A stretch of 64,000 nt of DNA from Candidatus Aenigmatarchaeota archaeon. Its GTDB lineage: Archaea > Aenigmatarchaeota > Aenigmatarchaeia > CG10238-14 > SCSR01. Shown here in pieces: positions 19,315 to 29,535 of this stretch. Under the pieces are notes generated by a model. It was not told the origin of the DNA and did not search any database. It worked only from the letters and a program-made list of their open reading frames with translations. Location: the NCBI GenBank assembly GCA_039000165.1, contig JAWBTW010000001.1, positions 30,525 through 94,524 on the forward strand, read 5' to 3'. Each line of letters starts with the position of its first letter. Within the stretch, counting starts at the first letter, position 1. Position numbers and translations under genes: made by a program.

Positions 19315-19659
19315 CTACTTTTTCTTTTTGGGTTTTTCTTCCTTAGCTTCTTTAAGTTTTTCTTTCTCCTTTGCTGCTTTTATTTGTCCCTCACTTGGAA
19401 ACTTAAGCCCAAGCTTGTTTGCTATTTCTGAATTTTTAAAGGCCTGAATAACTTCTTCGTCGCTAGCATCTTCTTTTATCTCAAGCTTATAAGGTAATGG
19501 CTCAAGATGAGCTACATTGCACTTTCTTCTTTTTATTCCTGTTAAAAGTTTTGGCCCTGTCACTAGAACGAAGCTTTTATCTATTTTCTTTAAAACCACG
19601 CAATATTTTCCCGCTTCCCTTCCACTAATTTTCATACAAACTCTTCCAACTTCAAGCAT
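19315..19659 (-). CDS. rpl14e: 50S ribosomal protein L14e
   Basis: EVGRVCMKISGREAGK...RRKCNVAHLEP. Confidence 0.96.
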   Translation of the reverse strand: MLEVGRVCMKISGREAGKYCVVLKKIDKSFVLVTGPKLLTGIKRRKCNVAHLEPLPYKLEIKEDASDEEVIQAFKNSEIANKLGLKFPSEGQIKAAKEKEKLKEAKEEKPKKKK

Positions 19660-19912
19660 TTTCCCACTCCTTCCTTGCCTTTTCCTTTAAAAATTCTTTA
19701 AGGCATGCGCTACACAAATAGCCACCGAACATCCTTTCTGGTCTTTTTTCACTTTTTCCCAATTTTTTCATTTCTGAAGGCGAAAGCCTTTTTATCCCAT
19801 GTAAAGGCTTTTTACATATTGCGCATTTTGCGATACTTGGTTTTTTCTTTTTTAAATGGATTACAAGCCTATTTCCAGGAGTTCTAACTTTTACTTTTTT
19901 AATGCTACTCAC
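19652..19912 (-). CDS. rpl34e: 50S ribosomal protein L34e
   Basis: VRTPGNR...CAIC...RPERMFGGYLCSAC. Confidence 0.96.
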   Translation of the reverse strand: MSSIKKVKVRTPGNRLVIHLKKKKPSIAKCAICKKPLHGIKRLSPSEMKKLGKSEKRPERMFGGYLCSACLKEFLKEKARKEWENA

Positions 19913-20348
19913 CTTCCAGTAGTTTTTTTGCTACCCATCCTACTGAAAAAGAAACCAATATATACCAAATACTCCAGTTTAGTTTTGAGCCTATAAAGGG
20001 AACTTCAAACGGGATTGAAACTGTCATACCACTAAAAGCGTTGCTTAAGAAAGGTAGAACCGCTATCAATACTAACATAGAAGCTACTAATACTTTAAGG
20101 TTTTGACGCATGTATTCTGAGTTAACTTTCAAAAGTTCGTTTAAGTAAAGATTTACTTCTTGAGTATTGCCTAAGGCCTGGGCTTTGGTCAGATTTTCCC
20201 TTATTTCAATCATTCTTGTTTTTATTTCTTTTAAGACGTCTTTTTTTACCAGAATTCTGTTTAGAAGAAGGAGAAATAAAGTGATAGCTGAAGAAATCAT
20301 TAACAATAAGATATGGGGTTTGTATAATATTTCAAGCATTTTAATCAA
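19905..20348 (-). CDS. DUF106 / EMC3-TMCO1 (Oxa1 superfamily) membrane protein
   Basis: TM-coiled coil-TM-TM, WSIWYIL; conserved position after secY. Confidence 0.85.
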   Translation of the reverse strand: MIKMLEILYKPHILLLMISSAITLFLLLLNRILVKKDVLKEIKTRMIEIRENLTKAQALGNTQEVNLYLNELLKVNSEYMRQNLKVLVASMLVLIAVLPFLSNAFSGMTVSIPFEVPFIGSKLNWSIWYILVSFSVGWVAKKLLEGE

Positions 20349-21808
20349 CCTAAGATTTTCTTTATCAATGGGTGCATTTCTTCCTCTCTTTGCATACTTA
20401 ATTCTTCATAATAACTATAAATAATCATAACAGTTAATAAGATTCCTGTTCCTGTACCTATTGCTCCCAAGAAATCTGCAAATGCAGCTAAAATTCCTAC
20501 TATTATTCCACCTAATACTGCAAGATAGGGGATATATCTTCTCAAAACGTTTTCCATAATCTTTTTATCGCTTCTATAGCCTGGGATGTGTAAACCTATA
20601 GCATCTATTTGCTCAGCAACGCTTGCAGGATCCATTCCTGAAGTGTTTATCCAGAAATAAGAGAAAATAGCGCATCCAACCACCATAAAAGAAAGGTAAG
20701 TCATTGCTCTAACTATTTCCCAAGAGTTGAAAGTTGTGGTTGAAAGATTTGGAAAAGCTAAACTTAAAAGTTCGAGTAATAGATTCCTTGGAGATGAAAG
20801 AAAATAAACAACTCCACTTATGGGGTTACCAGGAGTGTAGCTTCCGTCTGGTTGGGCTACCTTTTCAAAACAACCCAGAAAGCTACAAAAAGCATTCTCT
20901 GTTTCTTGTAAGCCTACTCTACTGAAAAGCTGAATGTTAGCCAACAGTGCAGCCACCAAAATCACTGGAATGTTACTTGTATACAAAAGTTTTAAACTCC
21001 ATGTTCTTCCAAAACCTCTTATTGCTGTAAAAGACAAAGGAATTGGGATATGGATTCCTTGAATGTAAACTACTATCAAGAAAATTATAACCGTTGAAAG
21101 CAAGGGGATTAAATAAGATAAAGCAAGCCAATTATTTCCTGCTAAGATGTTAGCAAAAAAACCCCACAGCCTACCTACAAACTCCCCAGTGGGAGTTGTT
21201 GTTTTGCAAAGCCATACCATGCTAGATGGGCCACAAGGACTAAAAACGTTTATTATTATTTGAGTTGCAACTCCTGCTGCTATAAAAAGACTTACTCCTG
21301 AACCAAAACCCCATTTACTCACTAACTCGTCTAAAAGAATTACTATTACACCACCTGCCGCAAGTTGAAGAATTACGAAAATATACATTCCAACTCCTCC
21401 TATAACTGGAATGTTTCCTGCTACAACAAAAGCTATTGCTTCTAAAAAGCAGAATAAGAAAGCCAAAAACTTACTCCAAGCCTGAAATTTTTCTCTTCCT
21501 TCTGGTTTTGTCATATCCCAGTTTATTATTTTCGAACCTACCAAAAGTTGAAGAATTATTCCTGAAGTTACTATCGGTCCAATCCCTAAGGTTAATAAGC
21601 TGCCAAACCTTGCTCCTAGAAGAGTTTGAATTTGAACTAATGCCTCAAATTGTGGTGTTGAGGCAATACCATAAACTGCTATATGAGACAATGCTAAGTA
21701 AAGAACTAATGCTATCAAAGTCCAGGTTAATTTTTTGTTAAAGCTTTGCTTGTAAGTTGGTTTTTGGATCGAAGGCAAAAATCTTGTTATTTTTTCTATT
21801 TCTACCAT
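20345..21808 (-). CDS. secY: Preprotein translocase SecY (Sec61alpha)
   Basis: LGIGPIVTSGIILQLL, KWGFGSGVSLFI, YTSNIP, GTGILLTV. Confidence 0.98.
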   Translation of the reverse strand: MVEIEKITRFLPSIQKPTYKQSFNKKLTWTLIALVLYLALSHIAVYGIASTPQFEALVQIQTLLGARFGSLLTLGIGPIVTSGIILQLLVGSKIINWDMTKPEGREKFQAWSKFLAFLFCFLEAIAFVVAGNIPVIGGVGMYIFVILQLAAGGVIVILLDELVSKWGFGSGVSLFIAAGVATQIIINVFSPCGPSSMVWLCKTTTPTGEFVGRLWGFFANILAGNNWLALSYLIPLLSTVIIFLIVVYIQGIHIPIPLSFTAIRGFGRTWSLKLLYTSNIPVILVAALLANIQLFSRVGLQETENAFCSFLGCFEKVAQPDGSYTPGNPISGVVYFLSSPRNLLLELLSLAFPNLSTTTFNSWEIVRAMTYLSFMVVGCAIFSYFWINTSGMDPASVAEQIDAIGLHIPGYRSDKKIMENVLRRYIPYLAVLGGIIVGILAAFADFLGAIGTGTGILLTVMIIYSYYEELSMQREEEMHPLIKKILG

Positions 21809-21894
21809 TATCTTTAAAATTGAGTGTTCTAATTTAAATATTTAGAAGAAGCTCGTTTATCCCTATACCAAAAACTTTTTAAATTCTTGAAAAA

Positions 21895-22335
21895 CTATTG
21901 AACAACTACAGCTTTCCCCCCAGCTTCTTCTATCTTTCTTACGGCTTTTTTAGAGAAAAACTTTGCTTCAATTATTAAGGGTTTGGTTATTTTTCCTGTA
22001 CCTAGGACCTTTTCATAACCGAGTTTTAAGACATTTATTTTTATTTTTTCTCCATCTTTTTCTGCAATTTTTTGTTCTAAGAGGCTTTCTGCTTTTTTAT
22101 CTAGTTCTTCAAGGTTTATGGACTTAATTTCTTTAACATCAAAAGGCCTTTTAAAACCTCTTTTTCCAAAATGATCTTTCGCGTACTTAACAGTATAGGT
22201 CCATTTGTGCTTATGCATCCCGGCAAAGCCTCTACCTCCTCTGCTTCCTTTCCCTCTGTGCTTCTTGTGGCTTCCGTAGCCATAAGTACGATGTCCTCTG
22301 TATTTTCTAACCTTTTTCTCCCTTCTCACGACCAT
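21895..22335 (-). CDS. rpl15: 50S ribosomal protein L15
   Basis: RGKGSRGGRG, KVLGTG, KIEEAGG. Confidence 0.97.
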   Translation of the reverse strand: MVVRREKKVRKYRGHRTYGYGSHKKHRGKGSRGGRGFAGMHKHKWTYTVKYAKDHFGKRGFKRPFDVKEIKSINLEELDKKAESLLEQKIAEKDGEKIKINVLKLGYEKVLGTGKITKPLIIEAKFFSKKAVRKIEEAGGKAVVVQ

Positions 22336-22787
22336 TAAATCATCCTCTTAAGCAATTCGTTTATTTCTTTTCCTCTATAGCCTAAATCTCCTTTTGGATA
22401 GTGCTCTTTTACGGATTTAAACCCCTTTGAAGGTGGTGTTAACCTAAAAACAGGTTTAAGTTTTTCAAAATCCTTTAACTTAACCTTTTCTTCAAGCAAG
22501 GCAGAAGCAAAATCTTCAAAACTATCAAAATTTGTTATTTCTTTTAAAATCTTTTCATCAACTCTTTTATCTCCCAAAGCTCTTAACCTTTTCCTTAGAA
22601 GCTCTACTAAAGTTTCTTTGTCTATTTCACCCCATGTTACAAAATCTTTGACTTTTTGTACCATTCCTTTAAAGCTTGGAGTTTCTGGCAAGATTACACA
22701 GTTATTCACATGCTTAAGCCTAAGCATTCTCAAAGTATCTTCTATTTCTTTTCTAGCTTTACCTCTTATCCTTATAACCGCTAACAT
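22335..22787 (-). CDS. rpl30: 50S ribosomal protein L30
   Basis: AVIRIRG, TLRMLRL, VTWGEI, GDLGYRG. Confidence 0.96.
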   Translation of the reverse strand: MLAVIRIRGKARKEIEDTLRMLRLKHVNNCVILPETPSFKGMVQKVKDFVTWGEIDKETLVELLRKRLRALGDKRVDEKILKEITNFDSFEDFASALLEEKVKLKDFEKLKPVFRLTPPSKGFKSVKEHYPKGDLGYRGKEINELLKRMI

Positions 22788-23486
22788 TTATTCACCTTTC
22801 TCGTAAATGTATAGATTTTTCAAAGCGTCAAAAATCGCTCCTATTAGGTTCATTCTGGTCGAAGTGTTCCCAAAAGTTTTTACCCAAACATCCTTTATTC
22901 CGGCTAGTTTTAAAATCTTCTTTGCTTCATCGCTAGCTACCAAGCCAACCCCTTTTGGCGCAGGTAGCAAAACTGCTCTTACTGAGCCACATTTTCCCTC
23001 AATTTTGAAAGGAATAGAATGAGGTTCATCACAGCTACACTCAAAGCTACCACATCCTCTTTTAATTTTTAGTATGTTAAGTTTTGCTTTTTGTATAGCT
23101 TTAGCTATAGCATCTCTTGCTTCAGGAGCTGATCCTTTTCCAATACCAACAATTCCGTCTTCATTTCCAACAACAACAAAAGCAGTCATTTTGAACCTTC
23201 TTCCTGATTTGTGCATGGTTGCGGTAATCTTCACAGGAATTCTTTGGATTCCCCCACCTTTTCCTGTTCTTCCTCCTATAAGAATTAGCTCGCTTTTCAA
23301 GTTTGGTAAAAGTTTGTCGACAATTTCAGGTTCAGTAATCTTTCTTCCGGACTTGAAAATTTCCTCTATACTTGTAATCTTTCCTTCAAAAACCTCTTTT
23401 CCTAGGGAAGTTCTTGGCTGCCATTTTTCTAAAGGTGAAACCGTTTCTATCTTAGGTAGCTCCTCTTCTACTTTTTCTTCTACCAT
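22788..23486 (-). CDS. rps5: 30S ribosomal protein S5 (start probably ATG at 23486)
   Basis: WQPRTSLG, VVVGNEDG, PAPKGVGL. Confidence 0.96.
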   Translation of the reverse strand: MVEEKVEEELPKIETVSPLEKWQPRTSLGKEVFEGKITSIEEIFKSGRKITEPEIVDKLLPNLKSELILIGGRTGKGGGIQRIPVKITATMHKSGRRFKMTAFVVVGNEDGIVGIGKGSAPEARDAIAKAIQKAKLNILKIKRGCGSFECSCDEPHSIPFKIEGKCGSVRAVLLPAPKGVGLVASDEAKKILKLAGIKDVWVKTFGNTSTRMNLIGAIFDALKNLYIYEKGE

Positions 23487-23487
23487 T

Positions 23488-24006
23488 CTATTCACCTAAA
23501 ATTTTTTTCTTCATTTTTTCAAAATCTTCCGGTATATTCTTAAACTTTTCTAAGTAGTTAGAGATGTGCATACCTTTTATTCTCTCTTCACTAGGCAAAA
23601 CTTCCTCACTAACTCTAACTTTAAGTCCAGCGTCCAAAGCACCTTTTACACAAGCATAAATCCTTGAACCTTTCGTAGAAGGGCTCAAACCAAGGTCTAA
23701 AATTGCTTCCTTTATTCCCTTTTCCAAAGCCCTTTTTCCTAGAAGTAAACCTGTTAGGTATGATGCAGGTAAATTATCACAAGCATAGTTCCAACCAAGC
23801 TTTCTTAACTCCTTAGAAAAAGCAAAAACTATGGTTCTATCCCCCCTTTTGTCGAACTCAACGATATGAGCTCTTATATATTTTAGGCTTTTTCTTACTA
23901 CTAGCCTAGGTTTTTTGGAAAGTAAAAGCTTAAGTCTTCTCTTATAATCTGTTTTTCCTTCTCTCCTTCTTTTGAAAGGCATTTTGTATGTTGGCTTAAG
24001 CTTCAT
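23488..24006 (-). CDS. rpl18: 50S ribosomal protein L18
   Basis: RRREGKTDYKRRL, NLPASYLTG. Confidence 0.97.
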   Translation of the reverse strand: MKLKPTYKMPFKRRREGKTDYKRRLKLLLSKKPRLVVRKSLKYIRAHIVEFDKRGDRTIVFAFSKELRKLGWNYACDNLPASYLTGLLLGKRALEKGIKEAILDLGLSPSTKGSRIYACVKGALDAGLKVRVSEEVLPSEERIKGMHISNYLEKFKNIPEDFEKMKKKILGE

Positions 24007-24428
24007 TTTTTCCCTCTTTTTTTTATCAAATCATGTTGCTCAAGATAAATTTTCAAGTGTGACTTGCTTCTAAACATTCCTCCTTTTACAAGTCTGTAAA
24101 GCCTTTTAAAGGTAACATTATCTATTTCTCTTTTACTTTTCATTTCCTTCAGCATCTCTCTTAAAGCTCTCACTGTTGAAACCCATCTTTCCTTTCTAGA
24201 AACAACAGCATACTTTGCTCCCTTTCTCAATTTTCCTCTTTTTTTCTTTTCCTTAGGTTTTTTCACTTTTTCCGGTAAAACTTTTATCGCTCCTTTTTTA
24301 ATCAACTTTCTTATGTCAGCGGCTGTTATAGCTTCATCTATTTCCTTTTTTCTGGTTGGATCAAGCCAAACTCTTGATTCTCCAACCTTAAGTATTTTTG
24401 CTGCAAGTCTTCTTTGAAGTCTTGTCAT
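24003..24428 (-). CDS. rpl19e: 50S ribosomal protein L19e
   Basis: QRRLAAKILKVGESRVW, KGGMFRS. Confidence 0.97.
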   Translation of the reverse strand: MTRLQRRLAAKILKVGESRVWLDPTRKKEIDEAITAADIRKLIKKGAIKVLPEKVKKPKEKKKRGKLRKGAKYAVVSRKERWVSTVRALREMLKEMKSKREIDNVTFKRLYRLVKGGMFRSKSHLKIYLEQHDLIKKRGKK

Positions 24429-24766
24429 GGGTTTAGCACCTTTATTTTTAATTCTTCTGCTTTTTTCAAAATTTCTTGTCTTTTTTTCTTTCCTACAGTA
24501 TGAGCGATTTTTATGGCTTCTTTTTCTGGGTTGATTTTTTCAAGTTCTTTGAGGTTGTGAACCAAAACTTCTTTGTAGCCTGAGGGATGTAAATATCTTA
24601 AATTTTTTGGAGCTCCATAGCCTGGGGATGGCATTTTTCCTTTTGATTTTTCTTTCCTTCTAAGCTTGCTATGCATTCCTCTTGGTCTTCTCCATTTTTC
24701 CCCTAACCTTTTATAGGCTTTTGCACCTTGCCTTAAGAATTTTGGTTTTTTCTTTGGGTTAACCAT
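24425..24766 (-). CDS. rpl32e: 50S ribosomal protein L32e (start ATG at 24766, overlapping the L6 stop)
   Basis: KPKFLRQ, WRRPRGMHSK, HPSG. Confidence 0.96.
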   Translation of the reverse strand: MVNPKKKPKFLRQGAKAYKRLGEKWRRPRGMHSKLRRKEKSKGKMPSPGYGAPKNLRYLHPSGYKEVLVHNLKELEKINPEKEAIKIAHTVGKKKRQEILKKAEELKIKVLNP

Positions 24767-25290
24767 TATTCTCGCCCTACAATCCATATACCATCTTGGA
24801 AAACTCTTCTATCTCTAGCTTTTATCCTACAGGCTTGCTCGATGTTTGCTGCCGTTTGTGAAACATCTTCTAAATCTATTCCAGAAACATAAATTTCTGG
24901 TGGAACTACTTCAACCTTAACATTACCCTTTATTTTTGCAATTCTTGGAACCCTTTCTCCTAAGAAATTTTGAATTAAAACCCTATCTCCTTCAACTTTT
25001 ACTGTTACTGGAAAATGTGAATAAACGATCTTAAGCTTGTACTTAAAACCTTTTTGAACACCTTCTACCATATTTCTTAAATGGGCAATTACAGTTCCTA
25101 CCATAGCTTTTAACTTCCTTCTTTCTTTTTCACAAGAAACTTTTATAAGATTGTTAAGTTTTTCCACTTTTACTTCTTTTGGGATTTTAAGTTCTTTTTC
25201 TAATTTTCCTAAGGGTCCTGAAACTTTAAACTTACTTCCTTCTATTTCAACACTAACTCCTTCTGGAATTTTAAACTCAACAAAGTACAT
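24766..25290 (-). CDS. rpl6: 50S ribosomal protein L6
   Basis: YSHFP, NFLGE, QTAANIEQ, DRRVFQDGI. Confidence 0.97.
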   Translation of the reverse strand: MYFVEFKIPEGVSVEIEGSKFKVSGPLGKLEKELKIPKEVKVEKLNNLIKVSCEKERRKLKAMVGTVIAHLRNMVEGVQKGFKYKLKIVYSHFPVTVKVEGDRVLIQNFLGERVPRIAKIKGNVKVEVVPPEIYVSGIDLEDVSQTAANIEQACRIKARDRRVFQDGIWIVGRE

Positions 25291-25298
25291 CCTATCAC

Positions 25299-25685
25299 CT
25301 AATAAAAGTATGCTAAAAGTCTACCTCCCAAATGTAACTCTCTAGCTTTTCTATGGTCCATTATTCCTTTTGGTGTTGTTAAGACCAAAAAGCCAAACTC
25401 TCTCGCAGGTAAAAATCTTTTTTCCCATTTCTGCAATTCTTCAACTTTAACGGAGTAGTTTGGCTTGATAACGTTACAATCTATTATTTTTCCCTTAAGC
25501 TCAACCCTGAACTTTCCTGATTTACCATCATCTATAAATTCGAAAGCCCCAATGTAGCCTCTTTCCTGCATAACTTTCAAAACACTTCTAACAACCTTAG
25601 AGGCAGGAGTAACACATTCCTTTTTTCCTACTCTTTCTGCGTTTTTTATTGCCGATAAAACATCAGCAAGCGTGTCATGACGCAT
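25299..25685 (-). CDS. rps8: 30S ribosomal protein S8
   Basis: IKNAE, GYIGAFEFIDDGKSG, GGRLLAY. Confidence 0.97.
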   Translation of the reverse strand: MRHDTLADVLSAIKNAERVGKKECVTPASKVVRSVLKVMQERGYIGAFEFIDDGKSGKFRVELKGKIIDCNVIKPNYSVKVEELQKWEKRFLPAREFGFLVLTTPKGIMDHRKARELHLGGRLLAYFY

Positions 25686-25755
25686 AATCTCACATAATAG
25701 TAAAATGTAATTTTAGTTTAAAAGGTTTTTAAAGTTTGCCAAACAGAAAGAATTT

Positions 25756-26064
25756 ATGAGTTATGAGATTGAACTTGAAAAATGCACAATTGCCTTGGGA
25801 GGTCTTTTGTTAGAAGATGGTACTTATCTTAGAAAAGATATTGTTAGAACTTACTATAGAAATTTCTGTTTGGGTGATTTTCAAGCCGAGAAAATCATTA
25901 AAAATTTAAATTTATTTTTAACTGAAGCACAAAAAATGATAGAAGAGATGAAAAAAGTAAGAACTGAAGATTTACGGTTAGCTGCAAGCTTAGGGGTAAT
26001 AATCAATTATTACCCAACTTTGAAAGATGAGTTAAAGAATCTTGCTAGAAAGTATTTTGGTTAA
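25756..26064 (+). CDS. Hypothetical protein
   Basis: ORF with TATA-like element about 25 nt upstream. Confidence 0.55.
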   Translation: MSYEIELEKCTIALGGLLLEDGTYLRKDIVRTYYRNFCLGDFQAEKIIKNLNLFLTEAQKMIEEMKKVRTEDLRLAASLGVIINYYPTLKDELKNLARKYFG

Positions 26065-26396
26065 ACTCTTCCGTACTTATCTTCTATTCTAATTATGTCC
26101 TTTTCTGAAAATTTACCACAACAAATCTCGGTTACTATTGAAGGTTCGTCTATTCCTATGATTCTGTGTTCACATTTTTTTGGGATAATTTCGAAAGTGT
26201 CGCTTCTCAAGATAATTTCCTTACCTTTTTTTATGATTTTCACAGGTCTTACAGCATGCCAAAACTCGGACCTTTTATTATGATACTGTAAAGAGGTGCA
26301 CTCGTTAGGAAAGATTATAAGGGTTTTTATCGTTATCCCATCTTTATGTAAGGAGTGTAAATGGTCTATTCCCCATTTTTTTAGTTTAAGTTTCAT
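26061..26396 (-). CDS. Cupin, mannose-6-phosphate isomerase type II C-terminal-like
   Basis: SLQYHNKRSEFW, HRI, DIIRIEDKYGR. Confidence 0.88.
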   Translation of the reverse strand: MKLKLKKWGIDHLHSLHKDGITIKTLIIFPNECTSLQYHNKRSEFWHAVRPVKIIKKGKEIILRSDTFEIIPKKCEHRIIGIDEPSIVTEICCGKFSEKDIIRIEDKYGRV

Positions 26397-26430
26397 CTAA
26401 TCAATAGTTAGGAGTTTAAAAATTTATTTT

Positions 26431-26640
26431 TTAAAATAAAAGGTAAGCTACAAGCAAAAAACCAAATACTACACAAACGAAGACAAAATCCAGTATGCTT
26501 ACAGAAGAAGGAACTTCCAAAACGAAAAATCCTGTCGAAGAGCCTAGGGTAAAAAAGAAAAGGGGAATTAAAAATAAGGAAGAAAGGAATATAAAAAATT
26601 TATATAAGTTATCCTTCTTTTCTTCTTTATTTAACCTCAT
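26431..26640 (-). CDS. Small membrane protein
   Basis: two hydrophobic helices, TGFFV motif. Confidence 0.5.
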   Translation of the reverse strand: MRLNKEEKKDNLYKFFIFLSSLFLIPLFFFTLGSSTGFFVLEVPSSVSILDFVFVCVVFGFLLVAYLLF

Positions 26641-26682
26641 AATTAATATTAAACGAATGAAAATAAAAAGGCTTGCAAGAGC

Positions 26683-27271
26683 TTATTTTTTGAGGTGTTT
26701 GATGTCGTTTATAGCCACAATTTTTATTTCTTTATCCTTTGTTACCTCTATTATATTCAGGGATGCTTTCTCTTGTTTTAATTTTTCTCTGGGTAATTTA
26801 GTTAGATACACCAAAAGTTCAACTATTATTGAAGCATGAGTTACTACCAAAACTGTTTTATTAAAATATTTTTTTTAATATTTTATTGAAAAATTTGACA
26901 GCTCTTCTTTGAACACTTTGACAGCTTTCTCCCCCTTCTGGTACAAACTCATGAAATTGCTTACCACTCTCTTTCAATGCTCTAAAAAATTCTTCCTTGG
27001 GTCTGCCTTGGAAAATTCCAAAATCTCTTTCCTTGAGCAGTTTATCAAACTTTATAGGCAAACCATGATACCTGTTTATTATTTCTGCAGTTTCTTTCGC
27101 TCTTTTTAATTTGCTAGAAAAAATTACATCTATTTTTTCCTTTTTAAGTCTCTCGGCAAGCTTTTCTGCTTGTTTTCTTCCTTTTTCATTTAAACTTTCA
27201 TCTATTGAACCAAGGAAAATTCCTTTTTCACTTCCTTCAGTTTCTGCATGTCTTACTAGTAGAATCTTCAT
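26683..27271 (-). pseudogene. Histidine phosphatase (phosphoglycerate mutase family) with a frameshift in an A8 run (26869-26876)
   Basis: RHAET motif; deleting one A continues as KYFNKTVLVVTHAS...INDIKHLKK*, supplying the second catalytic His. Confidence 0.85.
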
Positions 27272-27309
27272 TTTCTCTGCAAATTTCTAAGGGAATATTT
27301 TATTAAACA

Positions 27310-27384
27310 TGCGCCAGCCGGGATTTGAACCCGGGTTACGAGCTTGGAAGGCTCGTGTCTTAGACCAGGCTGGACCACTGGCGC
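27310..27384 (-). tRNA. tRNA-Gly(UCC), no intron, CCA not encoded
   Basis: GCGCCAG/CTGGCGC acceptor, CGAGC-CTTCCAA-GCTCG anticodon arm, GGTTCAAATCC. Confidence 0.96.
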
Positions 27385-27422
27385 TTCGTTACTTTTATAA
27401 ATTATTAATTCAAGGTTTAAAT

Positions 27423-27569
27423 ATGCCTACTGAAGAAATTATAAAAAAATCAATAAAAAAATTGAAGAAAAAATTTCCTGAGTTAGGAGAAACTTTAGAA
27501 AGAGAGCTTATTCCTTTGAAAGGAGAAGAAATTCAACCAAGAGTTATAAAGAAAAAGAAAAGAATTTAA
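27423..27569 (+). CDS. Small basic hypothetical protein (48 aa)
   Basis: MPTEEIIKKSIKKL...; TATA-like TTTTATAA about 25 nt upstream. Confidence 0.45.
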   Translation: MPTEEIIKKSIKKLKKKFPELGETLERELIPLKGEEIQPRVIKKKKRI

Positions 27570-27910
27570 CCAATGTAAGGAGTTGGAGGGACTGGTTGAG
27601 CAGGTTTGAGCTTTGGTCTTTTTCTAAAGTATTCCTTGTAATATTCCCAAGTTTTTCTTGCTTTTTCTCCTCTCAAAATTTTTATTATAATCATCTTTGG
27701 CCTAAAAGGTTGTTGAGAAGTTGGGTTGTAATCTATTAAAACAATATCCCCAATTTTAAGCTCGTTTGCAATTCTCGGGTCAACTTCATAAGTTATCACA
27801 TTTTCATCCCAGGTTTCGACTAAAGCCTGAACAGAAGAATCAGAGCTTGCTATTTCTTTATCTTTCGAAGAAAAAATTTCTAAAATTTTTCCAACATGAT
27901 AGTAAACCAT
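27566..27910 (-). CDS. Hypothetical protein (OB-fold-like)
   Basis: ORF; LKIGDIVLIDY pattern. Confidence 0.6.
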   Translation of the reverse strand: MVYYHVGKILEIFSSKDKEIASSDSSVQALVETWDENVITYEVDPRIANELKIGDIVLIDYNPTSQQPFRPKMIIIKILRGEKARKTWEYYKEYFRKRPKLKPAQPVPPTPYIG

Positions 27911-27913
27911 TTT

Positions 27914-28183
27914 TCATCCTCCTGCTATCAAATATCCAACAATTATTTCATCTGTACTTATAGGTTCGTTTTCAATATTCTTAAGTATTCTTCCTTCCTT
28001 AGTTAGCAAGATAACTTCATTCAAAAAATCAACTTTATCCTTATTTTTTGCCAAAAATTTTTCTCTTAATGCCTGAATTGCATCCTTATAAAAGGCATTT
28101 TCTGGAAGGTATAGGAATTCTTCTTTTTCGTTTAAACCAAAAAGTTCGTTGGCTTTGCCAATGTATCTAACTTTTATCTTCAT
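27914..28183 (-). CDS. MoaD/ThiS/SAMP ubiquitin-like protein
   Basis: MKIKVRY N-terminus, C-terminal AGG. Confidence 0.8.
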   Translation of the reverse strand: MKIKVRYIGKANELFGLNEKEEFLYLPENAFYKDAIQALREKFLAKNKDKVDFLNEVILLTKEGRILKNIENEPISTDEIIVGYLIAGG

Positions 28184-28671
28184 AGTTTATATCCTATTTT
28201 TCTTAGGAATTCTTTTCTTTCTTTTATCTCGTCATCTTTTTCGACACCTTTGGGTTTTAGTCCGTCTATTACGCCAATTACTCCTCTTCCTTGTTCTGTT
28301 TCTGCTATTATTACTTCTACAGGGTTTGCAGTTGCGCAAAAAATCGAACAAACTTCTGGGACTTCTTTTATTCTGTTCAGAACATTTATTGGGTAAGCAT
28401 TCCTTATGAAAATCAGAAAAGTATGACCGCAACCAATTTCAAGGGCCTTCTCACTAGCAAGTCTTTCTAGTTCTTCATCGTTTCCTGAGTGTCTTACCAA
28501 GCATTTTCCTGAAGATTCGCAAAAGGCTAAGCCGAACTTTATGTTTGGAACAGAATTGACCAAGGCTTCGTGCAAATCTTCAACACTTTTTATAAAATGT
28601 GATTGACCAAAAATCAAATTACAGTTTTCTGGTGCTTGAATTTTAACTATTTTGAATTCCATAATATTCAT
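28180..28671 (-). CDS. Adenosine-specific kinase / DUF355 family protein
   Basis: [35 protein letters not shown]. Confidence 0.92.
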   Translation of the reverse strand: MNIMEFKIVKIQAPENCNLIFGQSHFIKSVEDLHEALVNSVPNIKFGLAFCESSGKCLVRHSGNDEELERLASEKALEIGCGHTFLIFIRNAYPINVLNRIKEVPEVCSIFCATANPVEVIIAETEQGRGVIGVIDGLKPKGVEKDDEIKERKEFLRKIGYKL

Positions 28672-28685
28672 TTTTAAATTCAGAT

Positions 28686-29462
28686 TTAAATTTTATTCTT
28701 CAGAAAAGAATAAAGGTGTGACTTAAACTTGAGTTTTTTATCTTCTTTCCTTGAAATTTTTCCTTGAGTTAAAAGTTCGAACATTCTTTGAGCATTCTCT
28801 AGCATTGCATGATTATTGTTGAAAGCGACGAAAACTTTTTCTGGGTTTAAGCTCAAAATCTTTTCCTTCACTTCATCTAACTCTTTATCAGTGTAATAAT
28901 GGGAATACCAAGCAGTTCTCCCATGCATTCTTTCATAAACTGTTTTATTTGAGGAATAAACCTCAAGTGGAAAGTCTGGTGAGTCAACACTTACCCAAGT
29001 AATTTTAAGCTTTCTTGCCCATTCTATCCATTCTTCCTTAAACCAATCTGAATTTCTAACCTCTAAAGCAAACCTTTCTTTTAAATTAGTTTTCTTGATA
29101 AACTCTTCTAGCTTTGATGAAAACTTTGAAGTAAGGCTTGGTGGTAGTTGAAATAAGTAGAACTCTATGTTTTTCTCTAAAGGTTTAAACAAATCTTTAA
29201 ACCTTTTCCAGAGCTCGAAAGCTTTTTCATTGAACTTATAAGTATGCGTAACGGTTTTGTTAACCTTTACAGCCCATCTAAATTCAGGGTTTATTTCCCG
29301 AGTTTTCTTGGCCCAAGATTTTACTTGGTTAGGAAAAGGAAAACGATAAAAGCTTGCGTTTAGCTCGATTGCGTTCAAGTTAGAGTTTTTTATATACCAA
29401 TCAAAGCTAAGTTCAGGGTTCCAACTATAAAACCAGCCTGAGGTTCCGACAAAAACTTCCAT
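28686..29462 (-). CDS. DUF72 family protein
   Basis: VGTSGW, ELNASFY, FQLPPS, RMHG, FNN. Confidence 0.93.
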   Translation of the reverse strand: MEVFVGTSGWFYSWNPELSFDWYIKNSNLNAIELNASFYRFPFPNQVKSWAKKTREINPEFRWAVKVNKTVTHTYKFNEKAFELWKRFKDLFKPLEKNIEFYLFQLPPSLTSKFSSKLEEFIKKTNLKERFALEVRNSDWFKEEWIEWARKLKITWVSVDSPDFPLEVYSSNKTVYERMHGRTAWYSHYYTDKELDEVKEKILSLNPEKVFVAFNNNHAMLENAQRMFELLTQGKISRKEDKKLKFKSHLYSFLKNKI

Positions 29463-29535
29463 AATACTCTTTTGTTCTTATAAACTCTTAATTCCTTCAA
29501 ATTCCTTTCCTGATGCAAGAAATTTCAACAACTTT

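Noticed and set aside
27309..27422. ORF-track start MRQPGFEPG...
   Set aside because: It is the antisense of tRNA-Gly; a real start, if any, is at 27423.
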